Origin: an uncultured bacterium
GTDB lineage: Bacteria > Verrucomicrobiota > Verrucomicrobiia > Verrucomicrobiales > V1-33
Assembly (NCBI GenBank): GCA_903936775.1
Contig: CAIZWU010000181.1
Span: forward strand, 163 to 64,162
DNA: 64,000 nucleotides
Reading direction: 5' to 3'
The first letter of the stretch is position 1; every line of letters begins with the position of its first letter. Both the position numbers and the translations under genes were made by a program. This document shows positions 1-8,366 of the stretch, piece after piece. A model generated the notes under the pieces. The model saw only the letters and a program-made list of their open reading frames with translations. It did not search any database and had not been told where the DNA came from.

Positions 1-92
1 AAATTGCGGCGTTCCATGGCCTTGGAGGGGCCAAAAATGGCGACTCCGAAGCGGCGGCTGATTTTGTCTTTAGGACCCGTGTAACGTGCCAT
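1..92 (-). CDS. rpsD: 30S ribosomal protein S4, first 30 codons only (gene runs off the left edge)
   Basis: Own reverse-strand translation from the ATG at 92 gives [30 protein letters not shown], a canonical S4 N-terminus. It lies directly downstream of rpsK, as in the conserved rpsM-rpsK-rpsD cluster. Confidence 0.85.
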   Translation of the reverse strand, partial: MARYTGPKDKISRRFGVAIFGPSKAMERRN

Positions 93-130
93 TTGAGTAG
101 TAAGTCTGATTTAAAAGTTAGAAAACGGGA

Positions 131-676
131 CTAGACGCGGCGGGCTTTGGGAGGCCGGCAGCCATTGTGAGGAACGGGGGTGACATCCTTGATGGCAAGG
201 ACATCGACGCCAAGGGCCTGAACGGCACGCACCGCAGACTCACGGCCTGAGCCGGGGCCTTTGACGCGCACTTCAGCTTCGCGCAGTCCGTGGCCCATGG
301 CTTGGCGGCAGGCGTCCTGGGACACCATCTGGGCGGCGTAGGCGGTGCTCTTGCGGCTGCCCTTGAAGCCCATCTTGCCAGCGCTGGACCAACCGATCAC
401 GTTGCCCTTGAGGTCGGTAACGGTGACGAGCGTGTTATTGAAAGTGGAAACGACGTGAACGATGCCGGAAGTGACGTTCTTGGAGCCCTTGGCCTTGACG
501 ATCTTCGGCTGGTTGTCTCCGGAGGGATCGAGCAGCAGTTTGACGGCTTCCTTGGAAGCAGCGGCCGAAGCGGCAGCTTTTTCTTCAGCGGTCTGCGCTG
601 GAGCAGCCACCGGCGCCGGGGCGGCCACTGGAGCGGGGGCGGCGGTTTCCGCCGGTTTGAGAGAATCTTCAGCCAT
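131..676 (-). CDS. rpsK: 30S ribosomal protein S11 with an Ala/Pro-rich N-terminal extension
   Basis: The C-terminal ~125 aa are canonical S11 ([57 protein letters not shown]). Gene order rpsM-rpsK-rpsD is conserved. Confidence 0.93.
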   Translation of the reverse strand: MAEDSLKPAETAAPAPVAAPAPVAAPAQTAEEKAAASAAASKEAVKLLLDPSGDNQPKIVKAKGSKNVTSGIVHVVSTFNNTLVTVTDLKGNVIGWSSAGKMGFKGSRKSTAYAAQMVSQDACRQAMGHGLREAEVRVKGPGSGRESAVRAVQALGVDVLAIKDVTPVPHNGCRPPKARRV

Positions 677-706
677 AAGGATCTTGGGAAAAGGAATAGG
701 AGGACG

Positions 707-1090
707 TTATTTCTTGGTGGCCTTGCGTTGAACACCCACGGTGCGGCGGGGGCCTTTCCGGGTGCGTCCGTTGGTTTTGGTGCGCTGACCACGGACGGGC
801 AATCCCTTGCGGTGACGGGTGCCGCGATAGCAGTTGATCTGCTGGAGGCGCTTCAGATTGATCTGGATCTCCCGGCGAAGGTCACCCTCGATGGTGATGC
901 CATTGGCCTGAATGATCTGGATGATGGCGCTCAGCTGCTCGTTCGAGAGTTCACCAGCCCGCGTATTGGGGTCGATGTTGGCCTGGCCAAGAATTTTGCG
1001 TGCGAGGGCAGGACCCACGCCATAAATGTAAGGAAGAGAAGCTTCAATACGCTTCTCGTTGGGGATATCGACGCCGAGCAGTCTGGCCAT
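707..1090 (-). CDS. rpsM: 30S ribosomal protein S13
   Basis: [26 protein letters not shown] ... [21 protein letters not shown] is a typical S13 sequence. Confidence 0.95.
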   Translation of the reverse strand: MARLLGVDIPNEKRIEASLPYIYGVGPALARKILGQANIDPNTRAGELSNEQLSAIIQIIQANGITIEGDLRREIQINLKRLQQINCYRGTRHRKGLPVRGQRTKTNGRTRKGPRRTVGVQRKATKK

Positions 1091-1125
1091 GGGATAAGGG
1101 GATGAGGATCAGAGGGGAAAAAGAA

Positions 1126-1239
1126 TCAACCTTGGCGCTGTTTGTGGCGCGGGTTCTTGCAGATGACGCGCACGACTCCTTCCCGGCGCACGATGCGGCA
1201 GGATTCGCAGAGTTGCTTGACGGAAGGACGGACTTTCAT
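1126..1239 (-). CDS. rpmJ: 50S ribosomal protein L36
   Basis: Not in the ORF track because it is under 60 aa. Own translation gives [37 protein letters not shown]. It has the L36 Cys/His zinc-ribbon pattern and sits upstream of rpsM. Confidence 0.9.
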   Translation of the reverse strand: MKVRPSVKQLCESCRIVRREGVVRVICKNPRHKQRQG

Positions 1240-1308
1240 GGATGCGGAGTTGGACGGAAGGTGAGGTAGGAACCCCGGTCGTTGCTCGGCATTTTACCTC
1301 TGGAACGA

Positions 1309-1344
1309 GGAAAACAAAGCATCGCCACCCCAAGACTGGGGCGG
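1309..1344 (-). terminator. Possible intrinsic terminator after the ABC ATPase gene
   Basis: On the minus strand there is a stem CCGCCCCA/TGGGGTGG with one mismatch and loop GTCT, followed by the T-rich tract GCTTTGTTTTCC. Confidence 0.35.
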
Positions 1345-1416
1345 AGGGGCAGGATTCGTAACACACTGAGGACGCTTGGCAAGGCTCGATGTGTTTTTTT
1401 TTTAGGGGCGGGAGAA

Positions 1417-2094
1417 TCATGCCGGGAGGGGAACACGCCCTCCGTCCGCCATTTCGATGCGCCCGGGAATCTGGGCGGCAATCTCCGGGCTGTGGGTGAC
1501 CAGGACGATGGTGGCCAAACCACTGCGATGCACCGCATGGAAGAGATCCATGACGCGGGAGGCATTGGTGGAATCAAGATTGCCCGTGGGCTCGTCGGCG
1601 AGCAGCAGCCGCGGACGGTGGACTAGAGCCCGCGCCACCGCAGCCCGCTGGAGTTCACCCCCGCTGACCTCATGCGGAAGCCGGGCTGATTTTTCGGATA
1701 GGCCGGCGAGTGCCAGCAACTCCACCCCGCGGGTGGTGGCAGCCGCCCGGCCCATTCCGGCAAGAATGAGGGGCAGCGCGACATTTTCCAGCAGGTTCAT
1801 CCCGGGCAGCAGGTGGAAGAACTGAAATACAATGCCCACCGTTTCACGGCGGTATCGGGTACGCTGGGCCTCGGTGGCGTGGTGAAGAAGGATGCCATCG
1901 ACCTCCACCTCGCCTTCGTCCGGCCGGTCGAGGGCCCCAAGCAGATGGAGCAGGGTACTCTTGCCGCACCCACTCGGGCCAGTAATCGCCGTCATGCTGC
2001 CAGCCGCAAGTTTGAGGGAAAACTGACTCAGCGCACGGACCGGACGGCCACTGCTTTCAAGATAGGTGCGACTGACATTTTGAAGACGGATCAT
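1417..2094 (-). CDS. ABC transporter ATP-binding protein (LolD/MacB/FtsE-like subfamily)
   Basis: Walker A GPSGCGKST, Q-loop, ABC signature SGGELQR, Walker B LLLADEPTGNLD and an H-loop TH are present. No permease gene is adjacent. Confidence 0.9.
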   Translation of the reverse strand: MIRLQNVSRTYLESSGRPVRALSQFSLKLAAGSMTAITGPSGCGKSTLLHLLGALDRPDEGEVEVDGILLHHATEAQRTRYRRETVGIVFQFFHLLPGMNLLENVALPLILAGMGRAAATTRGVELLALAGLSEKSARLPHEVSGGELQRAAVARALVHRPRLLLADEPTGNLDSTNASRVMDLFHAVHRSGLATIVLVTHSPEIAAQIPGRIEMADGGRVPLPA

Positions 2095-2369
2095 GATTGG
2101 AGGAATTGAAAATGCACTGACCCTTGCGGGACAAACTTAGGGCCGGATCACCTGGATCCTTGACTCAAGCAATCCAGTTTACCGGTTCGAACCCCGATTG
2201 CTACGCCCGCCGGTGCAAAAAGATACTCCGCGGCAGCATTCCTTTTGTTCCTTTGGCAGGTTCACGCAATCCGTCGGTCCATCCCACCGCTTTTTGGGGC
2301 GCTTGATGTCGAATCCGAGGCCGCGTGCCTTGGATGGCATCGCCAACAGGCAGAGGGCCGCCTTTTTGC

Positions 2370-3728
2370 TTATTTAAAGTAGCGGCGCAGCACTTTTTGC
2401 TCGGAAGGCAGCAATTGGTCCTTCCACACCGCCGCCCCCCCGCCAGCAGGAGCAGCCAATGCGCCCCCCTCAGACAGCCCTTCCGGTGATTTTTTCAGAT
2501 TGTGCTCGATGTCGCTGGTGCCGAGCTGATCTCCCGGCAACGAACGGCTAAGGTCCTTGCTCTCGATTTCTTCAAGTTGGTCCGTGCCGAGGTCCGTGGT
2601 TTGCTGGTCGAAGGTCAAAGGCCCGGTGCCCGGTCCACGATTCAGGCCTCCGCGCCCCATGCCCTCGCCCTCCTTGCTTGGTCCAGCGCCTTGGCCATTT
2701 CCTTCACCTGTTTTGCCATCGAGCAGTTCCTGCAGTGCCTGCGAGGCCCCGCGGCCCTCCTGACCGCTGCCGTTTCCCTGGCAGCTTTTGCAAGCGTTCG
2801 ATTTGGCCTGAAGATTGGACAGCATCTTTTTCAGCTGATCAGGGTCCAGTTCTTTCAACTTGGAGGGATCCAGTTGACTGAGCTGCTGCTGCAACGGCTC
2901 ACTGATCCCCATGGACGAATTCCTAATTCCCTCCACCGAGGCCCGGAGATCCCCTTCCAATTGCTGGCGGGCCGAAGGAGTGAGGCTGGAATCATATTTT
3001 TCCAAACCCCGGGCAGACTGAGCGGCGGCCTGAAGGTGGCTGCCCAGATTCCCCGCAGCAGCACTCAGGGACGTCTCCAAGGCATCAGCGGCTTCCAAAC
3101 CATGGTGGCTGTAAAAATCCCCAGGAGGCTGCGCGAGCAGGGCATTCAATTTTTCCCTGGCTTTTTCGAGCGCGGCGGGGTCCACGAGTTCCTCCTTCTG
3201 CAAGGAGTTGATAATGGACTCCGCCCGGGCGAGCGCCAAGGGGGGCGGAAATTCAACCTGCGATCCGGTCCGGGGTAAAGGAAGCAGGAATGCAAACGCC
3301 AAGCAAACCGCAGTCAGCAACGCCGGCCCCAATAACCAAGGGCCCCGGAAGGATAAACCATCATCGACCCGATCAGGCACCGGCGGCCAAGCCGTCATCC
3401 CCAAGGCGGCGGCGCTCAGAGCATTATTCAGTTTCAGCCGGGCTTCCAGCAGCACTAATCCATCCGCTGGCCGGGCGAATCCAGGCCGCGCGGCCAACCA
3501 GCATCCCAAACCAGCGGTTCCATAGAAAGCCGCAAGGCTGAGAGCCACTTGGCCCGCCGGTAATTCTATACCCCGGCTGCGCAGCCAGATCAGCAACCCC
3601 ATGGCGATCAATCCGAGGGCGGCCACCCATGGAGCAAACGCCTGCAGCCACCACGCGGCATTGAGCCGCCTCGCCGTGCGGGAGGCATGCTGATGCCAAT
3701 GGGAGGCAGGGGAGGTGGTCCGGTCCAT
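2370..3728 (-). CDS. Hypothetical membrane protein with a long low-complexity, coiled-coil-rich C-terminal region
   Basis: Long ORF with 3-4 hydrophobic segments in the first ~170 aa, then Q/L/E/G-rich sequence ending VLRRYFK. The ATG at 3728 is preferred. A GTG at 3758 is possible but lies only ~40 nt from the upstream terminator. Confidence 0.6.
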   Translation of the reverse strand: MDRTTSPASHWHQHASRTARRLNAAWWLQAFAPWVAALGLIAMGLLIWLRSRGIELPAGQVALSLAAFYGTAGLGCWLAARPGFARPADGLVLLEARLKLNNALSAAALGMTAWPPVPDRVDDGLSFRGPWLLGPALLTAVCLAFAFLLPLPRTGSQVEFPPPLALARAESIINSLQKEELVDPAALEKAREKLNALLAQPPGDFYSHHGLEAADALETSLSAAAGNLGSHLQAAAQSARGLEKYDSSLTPSARQQLEGDLRASVEGIRNSSMGISEPLQQQLSQLDPSKLKELDPDQLKKMLSNLQAKSNACKSCQGNGSGQEGRGASQALQELLDGKTGEGNGQGAGPSKEGEGMGRGGLNRGPGTGPLTFDQQTTDLGTDQLEEIESKDLSRSLPGDQLGTSDIEHNLKKSPEGLSEGGALAAPAGGGAAVWKDQLLPSEQKVLRRYFK

Positions 3729-3797
3729 GGAACTAGATTGGGAACGTGGCCCACCCACATCCCAATGCCAAGCATTGTTCTACGCCTGTTTCCCCCC

Positions 3798-3834
3798 ATA
3801 AAAAAGCGTCCCGGTCAGAAAACTGACCGGGACG
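3798..3834 (-). terminator. Strong Rho-independent terminator
   Basis: Perfect 12-bp stem CGTCCCGGTCAG / CTGACCGGGACG (3807-3818 and 3823-3834) with loop AAAA. On the minus strand it is followed by CTTTTTTAT. It lies 68 nt downstream of the stop of the 3902..4207 gene. Confidence 0.8.
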
Positions 3835-3901
3835 ACAGGAATTTGGGAATTGGAATGGAACGAAGGGGCGCCGGGAAACGATCTGAAGGGCTGACGAACC
3901 G

Positions 3902-4207
3902 TTACACCACAGCCACAATAGGCTCAGGAGGGGTCAGGGCATCCTTAAGCTTTTCCAAGCCACGGTATTCCTTGGCATTTTTTTCAACCATTCCCCGGGA
4001 AACGAGGTTTTGAAGTTTTTCATAAGCCCGCAGGCGCAACATTTCTTCCCCGCCACTTACGGCATTCCTGAGTTTCAGGCACTCGTAAACCGCTTCAAAC
4101 AAACTGTTGAAATTATAGACCTTCGGTAGAAGAAGGGCAGCTACGAGTTCATCAGTGACATGATCGGGCAGACGACGGGAAAACCTAGTTCGTTTGGTAG
4201 TAGCCAT
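3902..4207 (-). CDS. Small hypothetical protein (101 aa), possibly winged-helix-like
   Basis: ORF with a basic N-terminus (MATTKRTRFSRR). The C-terminal half, LRAYEKLQNLVSRGMVEKNAKEYRGLEKL, resembles a recognition-helix plus wing pattern. It has its own AT-rich upstream region and its own terminator. Confidence 0.55.
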   Translation of the reverse strand: MATTKRTRFSRRLPDHVTDELVAALLLPKVYNFNSLFEAVYECLKLRNAVSGGEEMLRLRAYEKLQNLVSRGMVEKNAKEYRGLEKLKDALTPPEPIVAVV

Positions 4208-4476
4208 AGAATGAGGAGTTTAGCACACTTATGCAATCCTGCGACCGATTTCGTGAATTTATCCTAAGGTTTTCTTGATTCTGAGAAACCAAGGACTCAT
4301 TTGCGAAGATTACCCGGTGACATTTTCGTTTCAGATCCATTCATTCATCCAATCAGTCATAGAAATTATATTAAATACGGAAAGTCAATTAAGCCTTTTG
4401 GCGGATTGCGGACAAATGCCGCCGCTTCCCCAAATGGCGGGGAACTCTTGGTTTGCGTGCCCAACAGCGCTCGCAA

Positions 4477-5259
4477 CTACCGCACTTGGACAGGTGGGAC
4501 CTCCTCGCGGCGGGGCACGGGGGGCAATTCGCTGCGGCGGGGCACCAAGGATGGGAGGATGGGGCTTCCGGGTGGATCGCCTGGGGGCGTTGCTTTGCGG
4601 GGAAGTTCGCCCTTCAGTGGAGGCTCCAAGGTGGGAGGAGGGTCCGCTCCGTCATCAAATCCCCCGATACACTTCACGCCCTCCCGGCTGATTTCAAACG
4701 CCTCAATGCTGCAAGGATAGAGGGAGTCCGCCTGTTCATCGATGATTTTCTGTCCGAATGCTTGGAAACCTCCAAAGTTTCTGGAAAACAAATAGACAGT
4801 GTTGCGGTCCGGCATCAAAGCGACGATCCGCTCCCCCAGAAACCCCTGAAACAGCGGAACCATCCTCGGCGAAAGCACCACGCTGGCCGTAAATGGGCGA
4901 TCACTCTTCAGTTTCACATAGGCAATCTGCCCTGCCTGGTCCCGCGCCACGATGGGCTTGATGGAGACCAGCAACCGGGTGGCTGCCGCCATCGCTTTCT
5001 CCATAAACCGGTCCCAATCCATCCCGGCGGCGGCGAATTCCTCCTTCGAATAATGAGTCAAACCCAGCACCGCATCCTCGCGCGCCGGAACAATGACGGT
5101 GCGTTTCGATTCCGGCAGAGGCCGGGCCAGCGCGGTCCGCAGCGCCACCGGCTCCAATGCGGCCACCACCGGTTCCATGGTCGCGCCCGACTGCGCCCGT
5201 GACACGCCCATGCCCACCAGCCATACTACGGCCAAGCTCCAGAAAAAGTGCCATTTCAT
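4477..5259 (-). CDS. Hypothetical secreted protein with a Pro-rich C-terminal tail
   Basis: The internal ATG at 5259 gives a signal-peptide-like N-terminus (MKWHFFWSLAVVWLVGMGVSRAQS). The C-terminus is PPPTLEPPLKGELPRKATPPGDPPGSP. The longer ORF to 5472 has an implausible N-terminus. Confidence 0.6.
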   Translation of the reverse strand: MKWHFFWSLAVVWLVGMGVSRAQSGATMEPVVAALEPVALRTALARPLPESKRTVIVPAREDAVLGLTHYSKEEFAAAGMDWDRFMEKAMAAATRLLVSIKPIVARDQAGQIAYVKLKSDRPFTASVVLSPRMVPLFQGFLGERIVALMPDRNTVYLFSRNFGGFQAFGQKIIDEQADSLYPCSIEAFEISREGVKCIGGFDDGADPPPTLEPPLKGELPRKATPPGDPPGSPILPSLVPRRSELPPVPRREEVPPVQVR

Positions 5260-5562
5260 GGGAAAAGATAGGCACCCGAATTCCCCGACGTGCAAGTCCA
5301 GGAAAAATGCCCCGAGGGAAAAGATCCAAACCCGGTGTGCTCTTCTCAAATTGCACGCCTGACCGCATTGGAGCAAGGGGACAGGCATGTCCACCACACC
5401 CACCCGGCAGCGCGCCGGACCTGCGGCATCGCCCCCCCCGATTCGGCCCGCGACCTCCACCGCCCCTGCCACCTTTTGGAGGATCTCCGGCTATGGCACC
5501 CACGGCGGCATCATGGTCAGGTAAACCGCCGGATCGCGGAAATGATTCAGGCCGGCGACGAT

Positions 5563-5590
5563 AAAAAAAGCGCCTGCAATCCTGCGGGCG
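5563..5590 (-). terminator. Rho-independent terminator after the glycosidase gene
   Basis: Minus-strand stem CGCCCGC / GCAGGCG with one G-U pair and loop AGGATT, followed by CTTTTTTTAT. It lies ~50 nt downstream of the stop at 5639. A-runs on both sides mean it could act bidirectionally. Confidence 0.6.
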
Positions 5591-5638
5591 ATCAAAAAAC
5601 GGGCATGCCACGTGCTACGCCTCCGGACGCGCGCCGGT

Positions 5639-6919
5639 TTATTTCCGCCCGGACCAAATCAATAACGGATGCTCCCCGGCCAGCACCGCCCCCGCTGCTG
5701 GTTCCAGTTTCAGGGGTTTCCCCCCGCCCGCCGTCAAAGGCATCCGCTCCCCCTTCATCCCTGCACCGCCCCCTTCCGGCAAGGTCACCGAGCCTTCTCC
5801 GGTCGCCCGCCACACCGCCAGAATCACGGGTTCCCCCGCCTTTTCCGGAACAAACTCATAGACATACCCTTCTGTCAGGGAGGCCTGCACGATCCGGCTG
5901 AACCGGTAGTCCCGCAGGTGCTGCAGCATCCAGGCCACGGCATGATAGGCCGGCTTGGGCTCGTAATTCCGCGTCAGCCCGGAAGCCGCATGGAAACTGT
6001 ACTTATCCTCATCATTAAAAAAGAAAACGAAGGCTTTCTCCACGCCCATGCCGGCAAACAGGAAAAAGGAACGCACCAACCACATCGCCTGTTCCTCATC
6101 GGTGGAGTCCATGAACTTCGCATCCGGCCCCTCCGCCGGCGGCGCCTGACTGCTCGCGTCCCAGCCGAATTCCGAAACCCACACCGCCTTCCCCGGCGCA
6201 TGACGGTCGCGCCACTTCAGCAGATCCCGGACACTGGAAAGATAGGGCACCGCCGGGTTTTCCGGATACGTGCGCCGCCAGGTCGGCCATTGATCCTGGA
6301 TCGCATACCGGTGGATCCGTAGCACATCGTAAAGCTCCCCCATGTCCTTGAAAAGATCCGCCGCTTTCCAATAACGGTCACTTCTCCCCGCCTCCACATT
6401 GCACGAGGCGATCTTCAGTTCTGGATCCCCCGCACGGATGCCCCGCGCCATCGCGGAAAACACCTGCTGCCATGCTGCATCTTCATAAAGTCCCGGCTCG
6501 TTGCCAATCTCCACGACCTCCACCATGGGCCATTTGCCCCCCGGTCCAAAGTGCTGGGCAAAACTCCTTCCGTAGGCTTCTGCATCTTTCACCGGATCTT
6601 TCCACTGTTTGCCCAATTCATCAATATTCAGGCACACGCTGATCTTCAGCCCCTCGTTCCGCCACGCCCCATACACCTTTGCCCAGGAGACCCGGTTCTT
6701 TGCAAAAGGCCACTCCGGCAGCACGCTGGTGTCCTCCGCCAAATCCCATCCCGCTGGATGATAGTCCCGCACCCAGCCGCAGACCGGCTGGTAAAGGTCC
6801 GGTTTGAAATTCACGGTGTGCCCGCACAGCCCGACAAAATCGCGGAACAAGGGAGCTTCCCCCGCATGGATGGGACCAGTGCAGAGGGTCAGCAGAAGTA
6901 TCAGACGCCACATTTTCAT
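5639..6919 (-). CDS. Putative secreted TIM-barrel (clan GH-A-like) glycoside hydrolase
   Basis: The ATG at 6919 gives the signal peptide MKMWRLILLLTLCTGPIHAG. VVEIGNEPG (acid/base-type NEP motif) and VWVSEFGWDAS (nucleophile-type motif) are spaced as in GH5/GH30/GH39-like enzymes. The family is not resolved. Confidence 0.55.
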   Translation of the reverse strand: MKMWRLILLLTLCTGPIHAGEAPLFRDFVGLCGHTVNFKPDLYQPVCGWVRDYHPAGWDLAEDTSVLPEWPFAKNRVSWAKVYGAWRNEGLKISVCLNIDELGKQWKDPVKDAEAYGRSFAQHFGPGGKWPMVEVVEIGNEPGLYEDAAWQQVFSAMARGIRAGDPELKIASCNVEAGRSDRYWKAADLFKDMGELYDVLRIHRYAIQDQWPTWRRTYPENPAVPYLSSVRDLLKWRDRHAPGKAVWVSEFGWDASSQAPPAEGPDAKFMDSTDEEQAMWLVRSFFLFAGMGVEKAFVFFFNDEDKYSFHAASGLTRNYEPKPAYHAVAWMLQHLRDYRFSRIVQASLTEGYVYEFVPEKAGEPVILAVWRATGEGSVTLPEGGGAGMKGERMPLTAGGGKPLKLEPAAGAVLAGEHPLLIWSGRK

Positions 6920-7281
6920 ACCAGCCCGTCTAACAGCCCATCGAGGCCTTGGCAACCCTATGAAATCCGTAATGCATCGCGCGGCTCCCCCGCTTTTGGT
7001 ATTCCCGGCAGGACCGGCTCCGGACCGCCAGCGGCCGCGGGCCCACCCGCCTGTCCGTTGCGCTTCCGGAAGAGTCGCCCCCACGTGCGGAGGCAGGACT
7101 GGGCTCCTTGCCCCTGCCCGCCACTTCGTTTTCTCCCCCACAACACGGAAAATCAGCGTTCCGGCGTCTTCTGCCATGGAGCCCATCCCCTTCCTTCTAT
7201 TTTGAACCGAATCCAGAGAATGTAAGCGCGGCTGGTGCAGAGGGAAAGCCGTGATCCGGCCGAGGAGCCTCGTCCGGGTGG

Positions 7282-8241
7282 CTACGCTTTCCGCTTGGTC
7301 CACCGGTTCACCGGCTTATCCAGCGGCGGCAGACCCATCACCTCGCGGTAGGTCTTGAAATGCACCTTGCACACCCGTGGCAGGAAATCCACGCCCCGCG
7401 CCGCGAGGATTTGTTTGGCCACCGGCTTCACGATGGTCGCCCCCCGCGGCAGCGCAATCCCCAACCGGGCCGACGCTTCGGCCATCCAATCAATAAACCG
7501 CTCCCGCGCCAGAATCGATGCCGCCGCTACCGCGACGTCACTCTCCCCTTTGGTGCGCTGGTCCAGCTGGATCTTCTTTCCGCCCGGCCCCAACGCCTTC
7601 TTAAGCACACTCTCATGGGCGAACTGATCACTCAACGCCCTTGGGCAATCCGGCCGCTGTTTCAGCAATTGCTCAATCACCGTGCTGTGCCCCCAGGCCA
7701 ACAACCGGTTCAAATTGCCCGCCTCCCCGTAAAGATGGTTGTAGCGCTCCGGCCCCAGGCTCACGATCTCATATGCGACACCCGGCGTGCTCCGTACCAC
7801 TTCCGCCAGAGACCGGATCTTCGCATCGGACCCGATTGCCTTGCTGTCCTGCACCCCCGCCGCGATCAATTCCCGCGCAATCTCCGCATCCGTATAAACT
7901 CCCGCAATCACCAGCGGGCCGAAAAAATCCCCCTTCCCGCTCTCATCGATCCCAAAGTGCGGCGCATACATCTCCGGTTGAGTCACCTCCTCATAGCCCA
8001 ATTCCGCGACCCCCAGCACCTCCGGCTCCAGGATGAACTCCACAAACTCCCCCAGTCCCCTCCCCTGCACCACCACCTTCGGCCCCTTTTCATAGACCAC
8101 CACATTCACCGAATCCTTCTTTGCTGCAAAGATGGCCCATTCCTTCTTTTCAAAGGTAAATCCGCGCTGCTCCAGAATTCCACGAAGCTTCCGCACCTGC
8201 TCCATCGTCAGGGGTTTGGTATAAGTATTCGGCACCGGCAT
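7282..8241 (-). CDS. rnhC: Ribonuclease HIII
   Basis: N-terminal TBP-like domain followed by the catalytic core FGIDESGKGDFFGPLVIAGV ... DSK ... HESV. The ~319-aa length is typical of RNase HIII. Confidence 0.85.
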   Translation of the reverse strand: MPVPNTYTKPLTMEQVRKLRGILEQRGFTFEKKEWAIFAAKKDSVNVVVYEKGPKVVVQGRGLGEFVEFILEPEVLGVAELGYEEVTQPEMYAPHFGIDESGKGDFFGPLVIAGVYTDAEIARELIAAGVQDSKAIGSDAKIRSLAEVVRSTPGVAYEIVSLGPERYNHLYGEAGNLNRLLAWGHSTVIEQLLKQRPDCPRALSDQFAHESVLKKALGPGGKKIQLDQRTKGESDVAVAAASILARERFIDWMAEASARLGIALPRGATIVKPVAKQILAARGVDFLPRVCKVHFKTYREVMGLPPLDKPVNRWTKRKA

Positions 8242-8366
8242 TCACTCAGGCTGGCACACCTCGGCGGCGGCGCGAGGGGAAAGCGGCGGGGAGCCCACCT
8301 ATCATTTACGGGGACAAGGGGCAGCGGGCCCCCTTCCCTGAAGGAGACTTGAGCAGGAGTTGGCAA

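Noticed and set aside
2170-2200. A tRNA-like T-arm sequence, GGTTCGAACCCCG.
   Set aside because: I could not build a 5-bp T-stem, an anticodon arm or a 7-bp acceptor stem around it on either strand. It is just a GGTTCGAACC palindrome.
4477-5472. The full 331-aa version of the ORF, and likewise the long 5' extensions of ORFs 5639..7303, 43184..46771, 46761..48110, 54118..55599 and 42040..43254.
   Set aside because: The extensions lack protein-like composition. Internal ATGs give clean signal peptides or canonical N-termini, for example MTERRVVITGMG for FabF.
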